DNA of 64,000 nucleotides from an uncultured Flavobacteriaceae bacterium (GCA_963977065.1 CAXBNF010000003.1:71401-135400); one strand, 5' to 3'; shown: positions 1 to 10,327, numbered from the stretch's first letter. Notes: a model not told the origin generated them from the sequence alone. Numbers and translations are program-made.

Positions 1-720
1 ATTTATTTCACAGCAGGTTATCCTGAAATTGATGATACCTTGAAAATTGTCAAAAACTTGGATGCAGCGGGGGTCGATTTAATAGAAATTGGGATGCCTT
101 TTTCAGACCCACTAGCAGATGGGCCTGTGATTCAGGAAAGCAGTCAAAAAGCAATTCAAAAAGGAATGACCCTCAAACTACTTTTTGAACAGTTAACAGA
201 TTTGAGAAAATACACCCAAATCCCGGTAGTGTTGATGGGGTATTTGAACCCTGTAATTCAATATGGCGAAGAAGCCTTTTTATCAAAATGTTCAAAAGTG
301 GGTATTGACGGACTTATTTTGCCAGACTTACCTTTGGAGATTTACAATCAGGGTTGGAAGGTTAGAACTAAAAAATTTGGTATTTCAAGCATATTCTTGA
401 TAACTCCTCAATCTTCAGAAGAAAGAATCAAAGCCATAGACAACGCCTCAAACGGTTTTGTGTATGTGGTATCTTCAAACAGTATTACGGGCACCAATAA
501 AAAGTTTGACCGTCAATCGGAATACTATAAAAGAATCAAACAAATGAACTTAAAGAATCCCACCTTGATTGGTTTTGGAATTCACGATAGCAAAACTTTT
601 AAAGAGGCTTGTCAGTTCAGTAATGGTGTTATTGTTGGAACAGCTTTTATTAAACACATTTCAAAACAAGGAATTTCTAAGGATTCAATTTCAGGTTTTG
701 TGGAGCAATTAAAAGGCTGA
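1..720 (+). CDS. trpA: Tryptophan synthase alpha chain (5' end cut by window edge)
   Basis: Frame 1 is open from nt 1 (IYFTAGYPEIDDTL...DLIEIGMPFSDPLADGPVIQ, the canonical TrpA loop). The track start at TTG 40 is an edge artefact. Confidence 0.93.
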   Translation: MYFTAGYPEIDDTLKIVKNLDAAGVDLIEIGMPFSDPLADGPVIQESSQKAIQKGMTLKLLFEQLTDLRKYTQIPVVLMGYLNPVIQYGEEAFLSKCSKVGIDGLILPDLPLEIYNQGWKVRTKKFGISSIFLITPQSSEERIKAIDNASNGFVYVVSSNSITGTNKKFDRQSEYYKRIKQMNLKNPTLIGFGIHDSKTFKEACQFSNGVIVGTAFIKHISKQGISKDSISGFVEQLKG

Positions 721-787
721 AAAAATATTTTTATAGAAACGCAAACCTAAACTTGAGTTTGGTACTTGAGAATCGGTTTTTTTTTAA

Positions 788-1156
788 TTAATCATCCTCC
801 ACAAAATCATCAAGGTCGCGACGGTCTTTTTTGGTGGGACGGCCGGTGCCTCTTTTTCGATAATGGTCTTTTGAATATTTAAGGAGTTCTAATTTTTCAA
901 GATTTTCTTTGGGGGTAATGTCTTTTCTGTAAATATCAACAAGCTTAGCTCCCAGTCTGGATTCAGGCACGTCGAGGACTTCAAGTATATAGTCCACTTG
1001 GTCTTTACGAATCTGGATTTGATCACCAGGATAGACTTCTCGTGAAGGCTTTACATTGTCCCCTTTTATTTTTACTTTCCCGGACTTACAGGCGTTAGTA
1101 GCAATACTTCGAGTTTTAAAAAAACGCACGCACCAAAGATATTTGTCCACTCGCAT
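788..1156 (-). CDS. hslR: S4-domain RNA-binding protein, Hsp15-like
   Basis: 122 aa with ATG at 1156. MRVDKYLWCVRFFKTRS...GKVKIKGDNVKPS is an S4 fold, followed by a basic C-terminal tail. Confidence 0.65.
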   Translation of the reverse strand: MRVDKYLWCVRFFKTRSIATNACKSGKVKIKGDNVKPSREVYPGDQIQIRKDQVDYILEVLDVPESRLGAKLVDIYRKDITPKENLEKLELLKYSKDHYRKRGTGRPTKKDRRDLDDFVEDD

Positions 1157-1235
1157 ACAAGTGTTGTTTAAAATTAGTTAATATGTTTACAAAAATAAGA
1201 GAATATTGTATCTTGCACCACTAAAATTTCACAGA

Positions 1236-2150
1236 ATGAAAATTGCATACAGATTATTTTTTTTTCTATTAATTGTGTTAGTTGGATTGATATCTTGTAA
1301 TAAAGACGATGGTGACGGTGTTATTATCGTTCCAGAAAGAGACCGCGCTGAAGAAGCTCAGGTAGCTAAAGCCGAAATTGAGGAATTTCTTCAAACACAT
1401 TTTTATAACTATGAAGATTTTGAAAACCCACCTGCAGGTTTTGATTATAAAATTGTATTTGGAAAAAGAGAAGGAGATAATGCAAATAAAATTCCTTTGA
1501 TTGATCAGGTTTCCTCAAAACAAGTCATAGATAGAGTCAAGCCTGAAGTCACATATACGCTATACTACCTCAATGTGTTACAAGGAGAGGGGGATTCTCC
1601 AAATTTTGCTGATGAAGCTCTTGTAACTTTTAAGGGACAATTTTTAGACTTAAATGCATTTGATGCATCAGACTCTCCGGTAAAATTTGATTTAACAGCA
1701 GTAGTTCCAGGTTTTCAAGAAGCTATGGTTGAGTTTAACAGCGCTACTAGCTTTACAGAAAACCCTGATGGGACTTTAAATTTTGAAGGATTTGGTGTAG
1801 GTGCTGTTTTTGTGCCATCCGGTATTGGGTTTTGGTTGAATTCTCCTGCCGGAATACCTGTTTATTCTCAATTAATATTTACATTTAATTTGCTTGATGT
1901 AACAACAGGGATTGATCATGACGAGGATGGCATCCCTTCATTTATGGAAGATTTAAATAATAATGGATTTCTGGGAGATGATGACACTGATGAAGATGGA
2001 ATACCAAATTTCTTAGATACTGATGATGATGGAGACGGTGTTTTAACCCGTGAAGAAATCATTATAAATCCTGACGGTACAATTGACTTTCCAGATTCAA
2101 ATGGAAATGGAATTCCTGATTACCTAGATGACACTTTTCCAAATTCATAA
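1236..2150 (+). CDS. FKBP-type peptidyl-prolyl isomerase-like lipoprotein with Asp-rich Ca-binding repeats
   Basis: ATG 1236 gives the lipoprotein signal MKIAYRLFFFLLIVLVGLISC (track start is TTG 1206). FKBP-like pattern VTFKGQFLDLNAFDAS...VVPGFQEAM...IPVYSQLIFTFNLLDV. C-terminal thrombospondin-type-3-like DxDxDG repeats (DEDGIPNFLDTDDDGDGV). Confidence 0.65.
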   Translation: MKIAYRLFFFLLIVLVGLISCNKDDGDGVIIVPERDRAEEAQVAKAEIEEFLQTHFYNYEDFENPPAGFDYKIVFGKREGDNANKIPLIDQVSSKQVIDRVKPEVTYTLYYLNVLQGEGDSPNFADEALVTFKGQFLDLNAFDASDSPVKFDLTAVVPGFQEAMVEFNSATSFTENPDGTLNFEGFGVGAVFVPSGIGFWLNSPAGIPVYSQLIFTFNLLDVTTGIDHDEDGIPSFMEDLNNNGFLGDDDTDEDGIPNFLDTDDDGDGVLTREEIIINPDGTIDFPDSNGNGIPDYLDDTFPNS

Positions 2151-2160
2151 TAATTTAATT

Positions 2161-2187
2161 AAAACTGCCCTTAAAGGCAGTTTTTTT
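2161..2187 (+). terminator. Rho-independent terminator
   Basis: aaaACTGCCcttaaaGGCAGTttttttt. A 6-9 bp stem followed by a T-run, 11 nt after the stop at 2150. Confidence 0.8.
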
Positions 2188-2261
2188 ATTTACAATCTCT
2201 CAATCTTTCTTGCGTTTACATAATTTTCAATACTTTTACTAATATTTGAAAAAAGTGTAAT

Positions 2262-3437
2262 ATGAATTTCATCCTTTTTGATGGGCCAGAGCGCAACAAT
2301 CTCTTACCTTTTACCTATACACGCCCCGTGGCAGACATTAGAGTGGGAATTTTAAGCTTGCGCGAAAAGTGGGAACTGCTCCTCAATACAACAACAACTA
2401 TAGAAACACAAGATTACCTTGCAAGGAAATTTCCAAAAGAAGAACTCGATCAAAATATTAAAATCAATCCGGTATTTATACCCTCTGAAAATCTCGCAGG
2501 AATTGTTAAAAACCTAAAGGAAAATCAGGCACTTTTTTTTGAAAATCAACCCATTGCTTACTTTTATTCAAAAGGACAAGCAGTTAATTTTGAAAATTTT
2601 GAAGTAATTCAATATTCCCACGATGATGTTTTAAAAATTACTCATACCTGGGATATTTTTCGATTAAATGGTGAAGCCATCACAAGGGATTTTAAGTTAC
2701 TTACCAAAGGAAGAACTTCTCAACCCATACCCGAAAGTGTTTTTTGTGTTAATAAGGAGCAAATCTTCCTGGAAAAAGGCGCTAAAGTAGAGCTGGCATC
2801 CCTAAATGCAGGATCTGGTCCCATATACATCGGTAAAGATGCCGAAATTATGGAAGCATGCGCTATTCGTGGACCGTTTGCATTGTGTGATTATTCCACT
2901 TTGAAAATGGGTGCTAAAATTTATGGACCCACTACCATAGGTCCACACAGTAAAGTGGGCGGTGAGGTTAACAATTCGGTGATATTTGGTTATTCTAACA
3001 AAGCACACGATGGGTTTTTAGGAAATTCAGTAATAGGTGAGTGGTGCAATTTAGGAGCAGATACAAACAATTCAAACTTAAAAAACAATTATGCTGAGGT
3101 TCGTCTGTGGAATTACAACACAGAAAATTTTGCCCGCACCGGTCTTCAGTTTTGCGGATTGATGATGGGTGACCACAGTAAATGTGGTATCAACACCATG
3201 TTTAACACAGGAACAGTAGTGGGAGTGAGTGCCAATATATTTGGTAGTGGATTTCCGCGCAACTTCATACCTAGTTATAGTTGGGGCGGTGCATCGGGAA
3301 TGACCACCTTTAAAACAGATAAAGCCTTTGAAGTAGCCCGCGAAGTGATGAAAAGAAGAAACTTGGAATTTAATCAAGCCGATGAAAAGATTTTAGAACA
3401 CGTTTTTGAAATCACAGCTAAGTATCGTAGAAGTTAA
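2262..3437 (+). CDS. GlmU-like putative sugar-phosphate nucleotidyltransferase/acyltransferase (left-handed beta-helix repeats)
   Basis: 391 aa. The C-terminal half carries hexapeptide repeats (GAKIYGPTTIGPHSKVGGEVNNSVIFGYSNKAHDGFLGNSVIGEWCNLGADTNNSNL). Confidence 0.6.
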   Translation: MNFILFDGPERNNLLPFTYTRPVADIRVGILSLREKWELLLNTTTTIETQDYLARKFPKEELDQNIKINPVFIPSENLAGIVKNLKENQALFFENQPIAYFYSKGQAVNFENFEVIQYSHDDVLKITHTWDIFRLNGEAITRDFKLLTKGRTSQPIPESVFCVNKEQIFLEKGAKVELASLNAGSGPIYIGKDAEIMEACAIRGPFALCDYSTLKMGAKIYGPTTIGPHSKVGGEVNNSVIFGYSNKAHDGFLGNSVIGEWCNLGADTNNSNLKNNYAEVRLWNYNTENFARTGLQFCGLMMGDHSKCGINTMFNTGTVVGVSANIFGSGFPRNFIPSYSWGGASGMTTFKTDKAFEVAREVMKRRNLEFNQADEKILEHVFEITAKYRRS

Positions 3438-3484
3438 TTATAGATATCAACAAATAAAGGCATCAAAGAATCATCATCAATCAA

Positions 3485-4453
3485 ATGAACTATAAAGTAA
3501 CGAGATACCAACCCGAACAGAAACAAAAGTGGAATGAATTTATAAATCGTGCTAAAAATGCCACTTTTTTATTTCATCGGGATTTTATGGACTATCACAG
3601 TGAACGGTTTGAGGATTATTCATTGATGGTCTTTTCAGAAGAAAAGCTCGTTTCAGTTTTACCGGCTAATCTAATTGGAAACGAAATATATTCTCATCAG
3701 GGATTGAGTTATGGTGGTTTTATTTTCTCAAAAAAAAGCAGTCTTCAGGATTGTATATCTATCTGTCAAGAAACTTTAAAATTCCTTTTAGACAATAGAA
3801 TATTGAAGCTAAACTTGAAGTCAATTCCAATTATTTACCAAAATCAAATTTGTCAGGAATTAGAGGTACTTGTATTTTTTCTTGAAGCAAAGTTAACAAG
3901 AGTTGACACTTATTTTGTGATTGATAATAGTGAAAAATACAAACCCAACAGAAATAGAAAAAGAGCGATAAACAAAGGAAACTCAAACGGAATAGTTGTA
4001 AAAAAATCAATAGATTTTGATGTCTTTTGGAATACCCTATTGACACCCAATTTACAAGATAGGTTCAATGTAAAACCAACACATTCTCTTCCTGAAATCG
4101 AGCTTCTTTACAATCGATTTCCTAATAATATTGTTTTTTATGGAGCCTATGAAAACAATCAAATGAAGGCAGGGGCAGTAATTTTTGAAATGAATTCAGT
4201 AGCACATTTTCAGTATAGCTCAGGAGATGAAAATAGGGATGAAGGGGCACTTGATTTACTTTTTGACTTTATTATTAAACAATATAAACACAAAAAGTAT
4301 GTTAGCTTTGGAACAAGCAGTGAGGCACATGGAAGTAAAATCAATAAAGGTCTTGCTTATTGGAAAGAAAGTTTTGGTGCTAAAAGTATCGTTCAAAATT
4401 TCTATGAAATACAAACTTCAAATTATAAAAAACTAACAAATAGATTTGTGTGA
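3485..4453 (+). CDS. FemAB/GNAT-fold acyltransferase-like protein (tentative)
   Basis: 322 aa with only weak by-eye resemblance to the acyltransferases that accompany DegT aminotransferases. Its stop overlaps the GTG start of the next gene (GTGTGA, 4450-4453). Confidence 0.4.
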   Translation: MNYKVTRYQPEQKQKWNEFINRAKNATFLFHRDFMDYHSERFEDYSLMVFSEEKLVSVLPANLIGNEIYSHQGLSYGGFIFSKKSSLQDCISICQETLKFLLDNRILKLNLKSIPIIYQNQICQELEVLVFFLEAKLTRVDTYFVIDNSEKYKPNRNRKRAINKGNSNGIVVKKSIDFDVFWNTLLTPNLQDRFNVKPTHSLPEIELLYNRFPNNIVFYGAYENNQMKAGAVIFEMNSVAHFQYSSGDENRDEGALDLLFDFIIKQYKHKKYVSFGTSSEAHGSKINKGLAYWKESFGAKSIVQNFYEIQTSNYKKLTNRFV

Positions 4454-5568
4454 TACCCTTTTTAGACCTCAATAAAATCAACACTCGTTTTAAAACTGAA
4501 TTTCAAGATGTGTTTCAGCAATTTCTCGATTCAGGGTATTATATTCTGGGAAATCGTTTACAGGAATTTGAAGAATCTTTCGCAAATTATTGCGGAACAA
4601 AACATTGCATTGGTGTTGCCAATGGATTGGAAGCTTTGCGACTTATTTTAGAAGGATACAAAGTACTGGGTAAAATTAAAGAAGGGGATGAGGTTATCGT
4701 TGCGGCCAACACTTATATCGCTACCATACTCGCAATCAAGCAAGCCGGTTTGAATCCTGTTTTAGCTGAAGCGGAAGCTGCTACTTATGGTTTTAATATT
4801 TCTCTTTTAGAAGATGCACTTACTCCAAAATCCAAAGCGATTATGCCGGTGCATTTATACGGTCAAATCACCAATATGGATGCCGTCAACGCTTTCGCGA
4901 AAGCACATCATTTATTGGTTATTGAAGATGCAGCGCAGGCACATGGGGCCAAATTCCAAATTCCAAATAACACACACAACTCGTTAAAAGCCGGAAATCT
5001 TGGAGATGCAGCAGGCTTTAGTTTTTATCCTACTAAAAATCTGGGCGCTTTAGGAGATGGAGGGGCAGTTACAACCAATGATGATGCGCTTGCAGAAACC
5101 ATAAAGAAACTTCGTAATTATGGCACAACCACAAAGTATGTAAATGACTTACAGGGTTTTAATTCGCGATTGGACGAGCTTCAGGCGGCATTACTAAACA
5201 TCAAATTAAAGCAACTCGATGAAGATAATAACAGACGTCGCGAAATTGCAAAAACCTATCTCACGCAACTTTTCAATCCAAAAGTCATCTTACCTGTGGT
5301 ACCTGATTTTGAAGCACATGTTTTTCATCTTTTTGTTGTCAGGGTAAAAAACCGAAACGAATTTATGGATTATATGGAACAAAATGGAGTGGGAACATTA
5401 ATTCATTACCCCATTGCGCCCCACAAGCAAAAAGCGTTAAGCGAATTAAACCATCTAAGTTTTTCGGTAACTGAAATGATTCATAATACAGTGGTGAGTA
5501 TTCCCATAAGCCCTGTGATGACTGATGAGGAGGTGAGGCAAGTAGTTAAGGTGGTTAATAGTTATTAA
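4450..5568 (+). CDS. DegT/DnrJ/EryC1-family PLP-dependent sugar aminotransferase
   Basis: GTG start. Motifs [20 protein letters not shown], and [17 protein letters not shown] carrying the Schiff-base Lys. Confidence 0.9.
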   Translation: MIPFLDLNKINTRFKTEFQDVFQQFLDSGYYILGNRLQEFEESFANYCGTKHCIGVANGLEALRLILEGYKVLGKIKEGDEVIVAANTYIATILAIKQAGLNPVLAEAEAATYGFNISLLEDALTPKSKAIMPVHLYGQITNMDAVNAFAKAHHLLVIEDAAQAHGAKFQIPNNTHNSLKAGNLGDAAGFSFYPTKNLGALGDGGAVTTNDDALAETIKKLRNYGTTTKYVNDLQGFNSRLDELQAALLNIKLKQLDEDNNRRREIAKTYLTQLFNPKVILPVVPDFEAHVFHLFVVRVKNRNEFMDYMEQNGVGTLIHYPIAPHKQKALSELNHLSFSVTEMIHNTVVSIPISPVMTDEEVRQVVKVVNSY

Positions 5569-5623
5569 ATATTTCAAATTTGACATTTGACATATCAAAA
5601 CTTGACATTTGAAATACCTTTTT

Positions 5624-7108
5624 ATGAACGAAGACCGCAGTGCATACCGCCAAGTTTTTAAAGCCACTTCCTTATTTGGCGGAGTGCAGGTATTTCAGAT
5701 TTTGATAGCGGTTATTCGTTCAAAGGTTATTGCGGTTTTACTGGGACCTTATGGGATGGGTATTTCCGGATTGTTATTTACCACATTGAATTTTATCAGC
5801 GAGCTTACCGGTGCAGGTTTGGACCGCAGTGCCGTTAAAGACGTGTCTGCCGCTTTTGGCAAAAAAGATGAGCAGAAAATTGTCAAGGTGCTTGGAGTTT
5901 TAATAAGACTTGTTTGGTTTACAGGAATCCTGGGAGCAGTTTTAACGATCGTTTTAGCACCCTTTCTAAGCCAGTGGGCATTTGATTCTACAGATTTTAC
6001 ACTGGCATTTATCTGGATTGCTTTTGCTATTTTACTGAAGCAATTGGCTTATGGAAATCTGGTGGTCTTGCAAGGTTTGAGGAAATTGAAATCCCTCGCC
6101 AAAGCCAATTTGATGGGAAGTGCTGTGGGACTTGTCATAGTTGTGCCGCTGTATTATTATTTTAGAATTGATGCCATTGCACCTGCCATTTTGATTTCAT
6201 TTTTAATGACCTTTTTATTTAGTTGGTATTATGCAAAAAAGGTGCGTCTTCAGCCGAAAAAAGTAACAACCAAAGAAGCATTCAGTCAGGGAAAGGAAAT
6301 GATAAGGCTGGGAGTGTCAATGAGTGTTAGTAGTCTTTTGGTAGCTTTAGGTATGTTTTTGGTTCAACTTTTTGTGAGTAACACAGGAGGAGTAGATGAA
6401 GTGGGTTTTTATCATGCAGGAATCGTGATTATTAACTCCTATGTGGGAATGATTTTTAGCGCCATGTCAACTGACTATTACCCGCGGCTGGCTGCAATTG
6501 CAGACGATATTGTCAAGATAAGGGAGACTGTTTTGCATCAGGCTTATATTGCTGTGTTGTTGATTACACCCATTATTATTTTGTTCTTAATCTTTGCTAA
6601 AATTGTGATTCAACTGCTGTATTCAACTGAGTTTTTACCGATGGTGGGATTTGTAACCTGGGCTATTCTTGGAACACTTTTTAAAGGTGTTTCTATGTGT
6701 ATGGGCTATATTTTTGTTGCTAAGGGAGATTCAAGGATATTTATTAAAACAGCTGTTTTGTTTAATGGTTTGTTGCTTACTTTTAATATTCTTGGTTACT
6801 ATTATGGAGGTTTGGTAGGTTTGGGGATTAGCTTTTTGAGCTATTATGTACTTCACTTCTTTTTGATGAACTTAATAACAAAAGCAGTTTATAAATTTTA
6901 CTTCCCCGTTTCTTTTTATGGACTTTTCTCTGTATGCTTAATACTATGTTTCGCGACTTTTATGAGCACTTTTTTGGAAAATGATATATTGAAATATTTT
7001 ATTTTCAGTCTTTTAGTTATATTTTCTTCATCTTTATCAATTTATCTTTTAAACAAGAAAATGGATTTTTTAAGCGCGATAAGAGATTATATAAATTTTA
7101 AAAAGTAG
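5624..7108 (+). CDS. wzx: Wzx-type (MOP superfamily) polysaccharide flippase
   Basis: ATG 5624 (track start is TTG 5609). Multi-TM protein with N-terminal FKATSLFGGVQVFQILIAVIRSKVIAVLLGPYGMG, typical of polysaccharide biosynthesis/Wzx proteins. Confidence 0.8.
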   Translation: MNEDRSAYRQVFKATSLFGGVQVFQILIAVIRSKVIAVLLGPYGMGISGLLFTTLNFISELTGAGLDRSAVKDVSAAFGKKDEQKIVKVLGVLIRLVWFTGILGAVLTIVLAPFLSQWAFDSTDFTLAFIWIAFAILLKQLAYGNLVVLQGLRKLKSLAKANLMGSAVGLVIVVPLYYYFRIDAIAPAILISFLMTFLFSWYYAKKVRLQPKKVTTKEAFSQGKEMIRLGVSMSVSSLLVALGMFLVQLFVSNTGGVDEVGFYHAGIVIINSYVGMIFSAMSTDYYPRLAAIADDIVKIRETVLHQAYIAVLLITPIIILFLIFAKIVIQLLYSTEFLPMVGFVTWAILGTLFKGVSMCMGYIFVAKGDSRIFIKTAVLFNGLLLTFNILGYYYGGLVGLGISFLSYYVLHFFLMNLITKAVYKFYFPVSFYGLFSVCLILCFATFMSTFLENDILKYFIFSLLVIFSSSLSIYLLNKKMDFLSAIRDYINFKK

Positions 7109-7114
7109 TAGTTT

Positions 7115-8047
7115 TCAATTAAAGTCTTTCCATTTTTTAAGATTCAAATCTGTTCTCTTTTTTAGAAGTGCGACATCCTCTTTATATAATTGAAAAAGCC
7201 ACTCCCGTTGTTCTTCAGAGAGTTTTGGATAGCGTTCATTTGTTTTAGTCAAGTTTAAAAAAGCTTCTGAAATATTTTTTTTATACTTCCTTCTGAATTT
7301 TTTTGGAAAGAAATGTTTGACCATATCCCTGAATCTGTTTTTGCTTAAGGTGAGTATCCTCAATCTCTTATACATTTTTGGGAATTTTGTTTTTACCGTT
7401 ACATTTGATTTTATTTCAGGAATTTCATCAAGTCTTGAAAGGTTTAAGAAATCAAAACACTCATTTAAAGTTTGCAGTTGGTTTTCTTTGAAGTCTTCAA
7501 AAAGAATTACCTTAATTTGGTCTTCATCAAATGTTTCATAAAACTTTGAAAGCCATTTCCCATAAAGGCTGTATTGATAATAGTTTTTAACGACGCGTTC
7601 TGGTAGAAGGTCTTCGGGCAGAGGATCTTTTTGGTGATTTTTTAGAACTGCATCCTCAAAGATTTCGTCTTCACTTCCCAGGCTTTTAACATAACAATAA
7701 TGTGAATATGTTCTGTCGATAGGGTTACGCAGTATAAAAATGAATTTGGGTGTATAATTCTCAAATTGATTTATATTTTCTTTAAAATGCGGAAAGTAAA
7801 AGTAACCAGTGCTTGACTCCCCATAAAATGTATGTTTTTCTTCTAAATTAAAATTTTCCAGGTAACTGGAAATCTCAACCTGAGAGTTCTCTGAGATTCT
7901 TTTGTTTGTCCAAAAATGAGGTTCCTTGTACTTAGACATACAAATTTCCGGATGCAGATTTAAAAGATCGTGCAAGCTACTGGTACCTGATTTTGCGGCT
8001 CCGGGGATGAATAAATTTACGATGGATGGACTTTTCATTTTTATCAT
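7115..8047 (-). CDS. PAPS-dependent sulfotransferase family protein
   Basis: 5'-PSB loop PGAAKSGTSSL and 3'-PB motif RNPIDRTYSHY, plus KEPHFW. The start overlaps the stop of the upstream GT gene (ATGA, 8044-8047). Confidence 0.75.
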   Translation of the reverse strand: MIKMKSPSIVNLFIPGAAKSGTSSLHDLLNLHPEICMSKYKEPHFWTNKRISENSQVEISSYLENFNLEEKHTFYGESSTGYFYFPHFKENINQFENYTPKFIFILRNPIDRTYSHYCYVKSLGSEDEIFEDAVLKNHQKDPLPEDLLPERVVKNYYQYSLYGKWLSKFYETFDEDQIKVILFEDFKENQLQTLNECFDFLNLSRLDEIPEIKSNVTVKTKFPKMYKRLRILTLSKNRFRDMVKHFFPKKFRRKYKKNISEAFLNLTKTNERYPKLSEEQREWLFQLYKEDVALLKKRTDLNLKKWKDFN

Positions 8048-9180
8048 TTATTCCAAACTTCAAAATATTTTTTTGATATCTTAATATAGTTGTGCTCTCT
8101 TTCAATAAAGCTTTTTGCATTTCCACTAATTAGACCGATTTCTGAAGGGTTTTCTATCAACCAGCTCAATTTTTCAACAATAGCATCAACATCAGGCAAG
8201 GCGTTGATACACACTTCATCCTCCTTTAAATTGTAGTGCTCGAGAAACTCTTTTTCTGCTCCTGTAAAAACCACCTTACCTCTGGCCATAGCTTCTAAAG
8301 CATTATAACCCTGGTCATAAGCATACACCTGGTCTAAAAGGATGTGAGCTTTTTCATAATGTTTGAGATATTCTTGATAGGGTATATCTTCAGTAATAAT
8401 AATTTCTAGTTTTTCTGGATATATTTTTTGAATTTTAATGAGCGCTTTTTCAAAAAAATCGTTCCCTTTTTTGTAAAAGTTTCCACGGTTGATTCCGTGA
8501 AAAATTACAATTTTATCTTTAACAAGGTTATTTAAATAAAGTAATTTATCTGTATTTACAGGATTTGGTAGAAGGCCCAAATATTTTGTATGCCCTTTTA
8601 GCGGAATATGATAATCCAAATCTGAAGCCATCACACCTTCTATATTTTCATATACAAAATCATGCAGATCTTTGAATTCCGGCTTTAAATATTTCAAAAA
8701 GTGAGCAAAGGATTTTTCAGAAACTTTTCCTTCAAAAAAGGGTGTGAGTATAGAGTATTGAAATTTTTTATCAAAGGCATATTTTACACTTATATGATCT
8801 GTTCCGCAAGAAAGTAGAAAGAGCTTTTTATTATTTTCTTTTAAAAATGTGATGATTTGTTTTTCATACTGTGGCTCAATTCCCAACGGGCTTTCATTGA
8901 TAAACTGAACCACATCAAAGCCTTTTAGCTCTTCAGAAAAACTAAAAAATTGGTTTTTAAGATTTACAGATGTCATATCAATTTTGAAAAGTCTGTAAAT
9001 GAGTACTTTTATTTTTTTTTGTAGTCCTTTTTGATACTTTCGCTTTAGCAGTATATCTGCAGGAAAATTTTTGAAATAATCTCCTGTACCCACAAGTGTG
9101 ACTTCGTGTCCCAAAGTTATCAACCCTTCCTTTAAAGAGTTGTGTAATCTGCTGTATTCACCCACCAATAAAATCTTCAT
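8044..9180 (-). CDS. Glycosyltransferase, GT-B fold (family 1-like)
   Basis: ATG 9180 gives MKILLVGEYSRLHNSL (track start is TTG 9201). C-terminal YNALEAMARGKVVFTG region typical of GT1/GT4 enzymes. Confidence 0.6.
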   Translation of the reverse strand: MKILLVGEYSRLHNSLKEGLITLGHEVTLVGTGDYFKNFPADILLKRKYQKGLQKKIKVLIYRLFKIDMTSVNLKNQFFSFSEELKGFDVVQFINESPLGIEPQYEKQIITFLKENNKKLFLLSCGTDHISVKYAFDKKFQYSILTPFFEGKVSEKSFAHFLKYLKPEFKDLHDFVYENIEGVMASDLDYHIPLKGHTKYLGLLPNPVNTDKLLYLNNLVKDKIVIFHGINRGNFYKKGNDFFEKALIKIQKIYPEKLEIIITEDIPYQEYLKHYEKAHILLDQVYAYDQGYNALEAMARGKVVFTGAEKEFLEHYNLKEDEVCINALPDVDAIVEKLSWLIENPSEIGLISGNAKSFIEREHNYIKISKKYFEVWNK

Positions 9181-9213
9181 AAATAACTTATATTTACGCA
9201 ATGATTATTTCAT

Positions 9214-9221
9214 CAAAAATA
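9214..9221 (-). promoter_or_regulatory. Candidate Bacteroidota -7 promoter box (TATTTTTG on minus strand)
   Basis: Matches TAnnTTTG, 33 nt upstream of ATG 9180 in the divergent 64-bp spacer. Confidence 0.35.
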
Positions 9222-9244
9222 CTATAAAAAATGAGCATTAACCT

Positions 9245-10327
9245 ATGAAGGTAGCTATAGTTGCAATTTCATTGTCAAAAGGAGGCGCAGAGCGATCAAC
9301 GGCTTTGTTATCAAAAATACTCGATTCAAAAGGGTTGGATGTGCATTTAATAACATTGACAGACTCAGTTGATTATGATTTTTCAGGTACGCTATTCAAT
9401 CTAGGACGTTTTAAATCTCTCAATGATACTGGTTTAGAAAAAATAAATCACTTAAGACGATTGAAACACTACATTAAAGAAAATAATTTTGATTTTATTA
9501 TTGACAATAGAACCAGAGGGTCTGCCTTTAAAGAATTTGTTTATTTAAATTATATCTATTGTAACCAAAAGGTGATTTATGTTGTGAGAAGTTTTCATTT
9601 AGCTAATTATTTTCCGAAAAATAAATGGATTTCATCTCAGATGATAAAAAGGTCTTTAAAAGTTGTAGGAGTTTCCAAAGTAATATCTGACGAAGTCAAT
9701 ATCAAATTCAACACCCAGAAAGCTGAGACGATATACAACCCGTTACCTGAATTTGATGAGATTGAAATTAAAAAACCAGATATTCCTTTTATTTTATTTT
9801 TAGGAAGAATTGAAGAAGATGTCAAAAACTTCACTTTACTTTTAAAAGGGTATCAGTCATCAGAACTTTCACAAAAAGGAATTGCATTAAAAATTTATGG
9901 GGACGGCAAGGACAGGAATGCGTTGCTTGAGATGATTGAAAATATGAATTTAACAGCACAAGTTTCAGTTCACCCATTTACACCTATTATCTATGGGGTT
10001 TTAAAAAATGCTTTATTTTTGACGCTTACGAGCCGCTATGAAGGATTTCCCAGAGTGTTGCTTGAGGCTTTGTCTGTAGGTACACCCGTTCTTTCAGTAG
10101 ATTGTAAAAGTGGTCCAGATGAAATTATTATTAATGAGCACAATGGTTTGCTCATAGAAAATTTTAATGAACAAGCACTCGCAAATGCAATGAATCGTTT
10201 TATCTTTGATACTACACTTTATCAAAATTGCAAAGCAAATGCAATATCCAGTGTACAACATTTAAAACAAGAAAACATAGCACAACAGTGGTTAAACTTA
10301 ATGAGAAATGCAAAACCAAAGAATTGA
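9245..10327 (+). CDS. Glycosyltransferase family 4 (GT-B)
   Basis: RYEGFPRVLLEALSVGTPVLSVDCKSGPDEII is the GT4 E-x7-E region. Confidence 0.85.
   Translation: MKVAIVAISLSKGGAERSTALLSKILDSKGLDVHLITLTDSVDYDFSGTLFNLGRFKSLNDTGLEKINHLRRLKHYIKENNFDFIIDNRTRGSAFKEFVYLNYIYCNQKVIYVVRSFHLANYFPKNKWISSQMIKRSLKVVGVSKVISDEVNIKFNTQKAETIYNPLPEFDEIEIKKPDIPFILFLGRIEEDVKNFTLLLKGYQSSELSQKGIALKIYGDGKDRNALLEMIENMNLTAQVSVHPFTPIIYGVLKNALFLTLTSRYEGFPRVLLEALSVGTPVLSVDCKSGPDEIIINEHNGLLIENFNEQALANAMNRFIFDTTLYQNCKANAISSVQHLKQENIAQQWLNLMRNAKPKN

Noticed and set aside
40-42. TTG 40 as the trpA start
   Set aside because: The frame is open from nt 1 and the upstream residues (IYFTAGYPEIDDT) are conserved TrpA sequence, so the gene is simply truncated by the window.
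5580-5608. Three TTGACA hexamers, considered as sigma-70 -35 boxes
   Set aside because: The primary sigma factor of Bacteroidota recognises TTG/TAnnTTTG rather than TTGACA/TATAAT, and no -10 element lies at the right spacing. Only the inverted repeat is kept, as a low-interest finding.
9012-9020. A9/T9 homopolymer inside the GT-B glycosyltransferase, considered as a phase-variation tract
   Set aside because: It encodes Lys-Lys-Ile-Lys via AAA codons, which is common in this AT-rich genome. An equal tract occurs in a non-contingency gene (PepSY-TM, 50231-50239). There is no evidence of length polymorphism from a single sequence.
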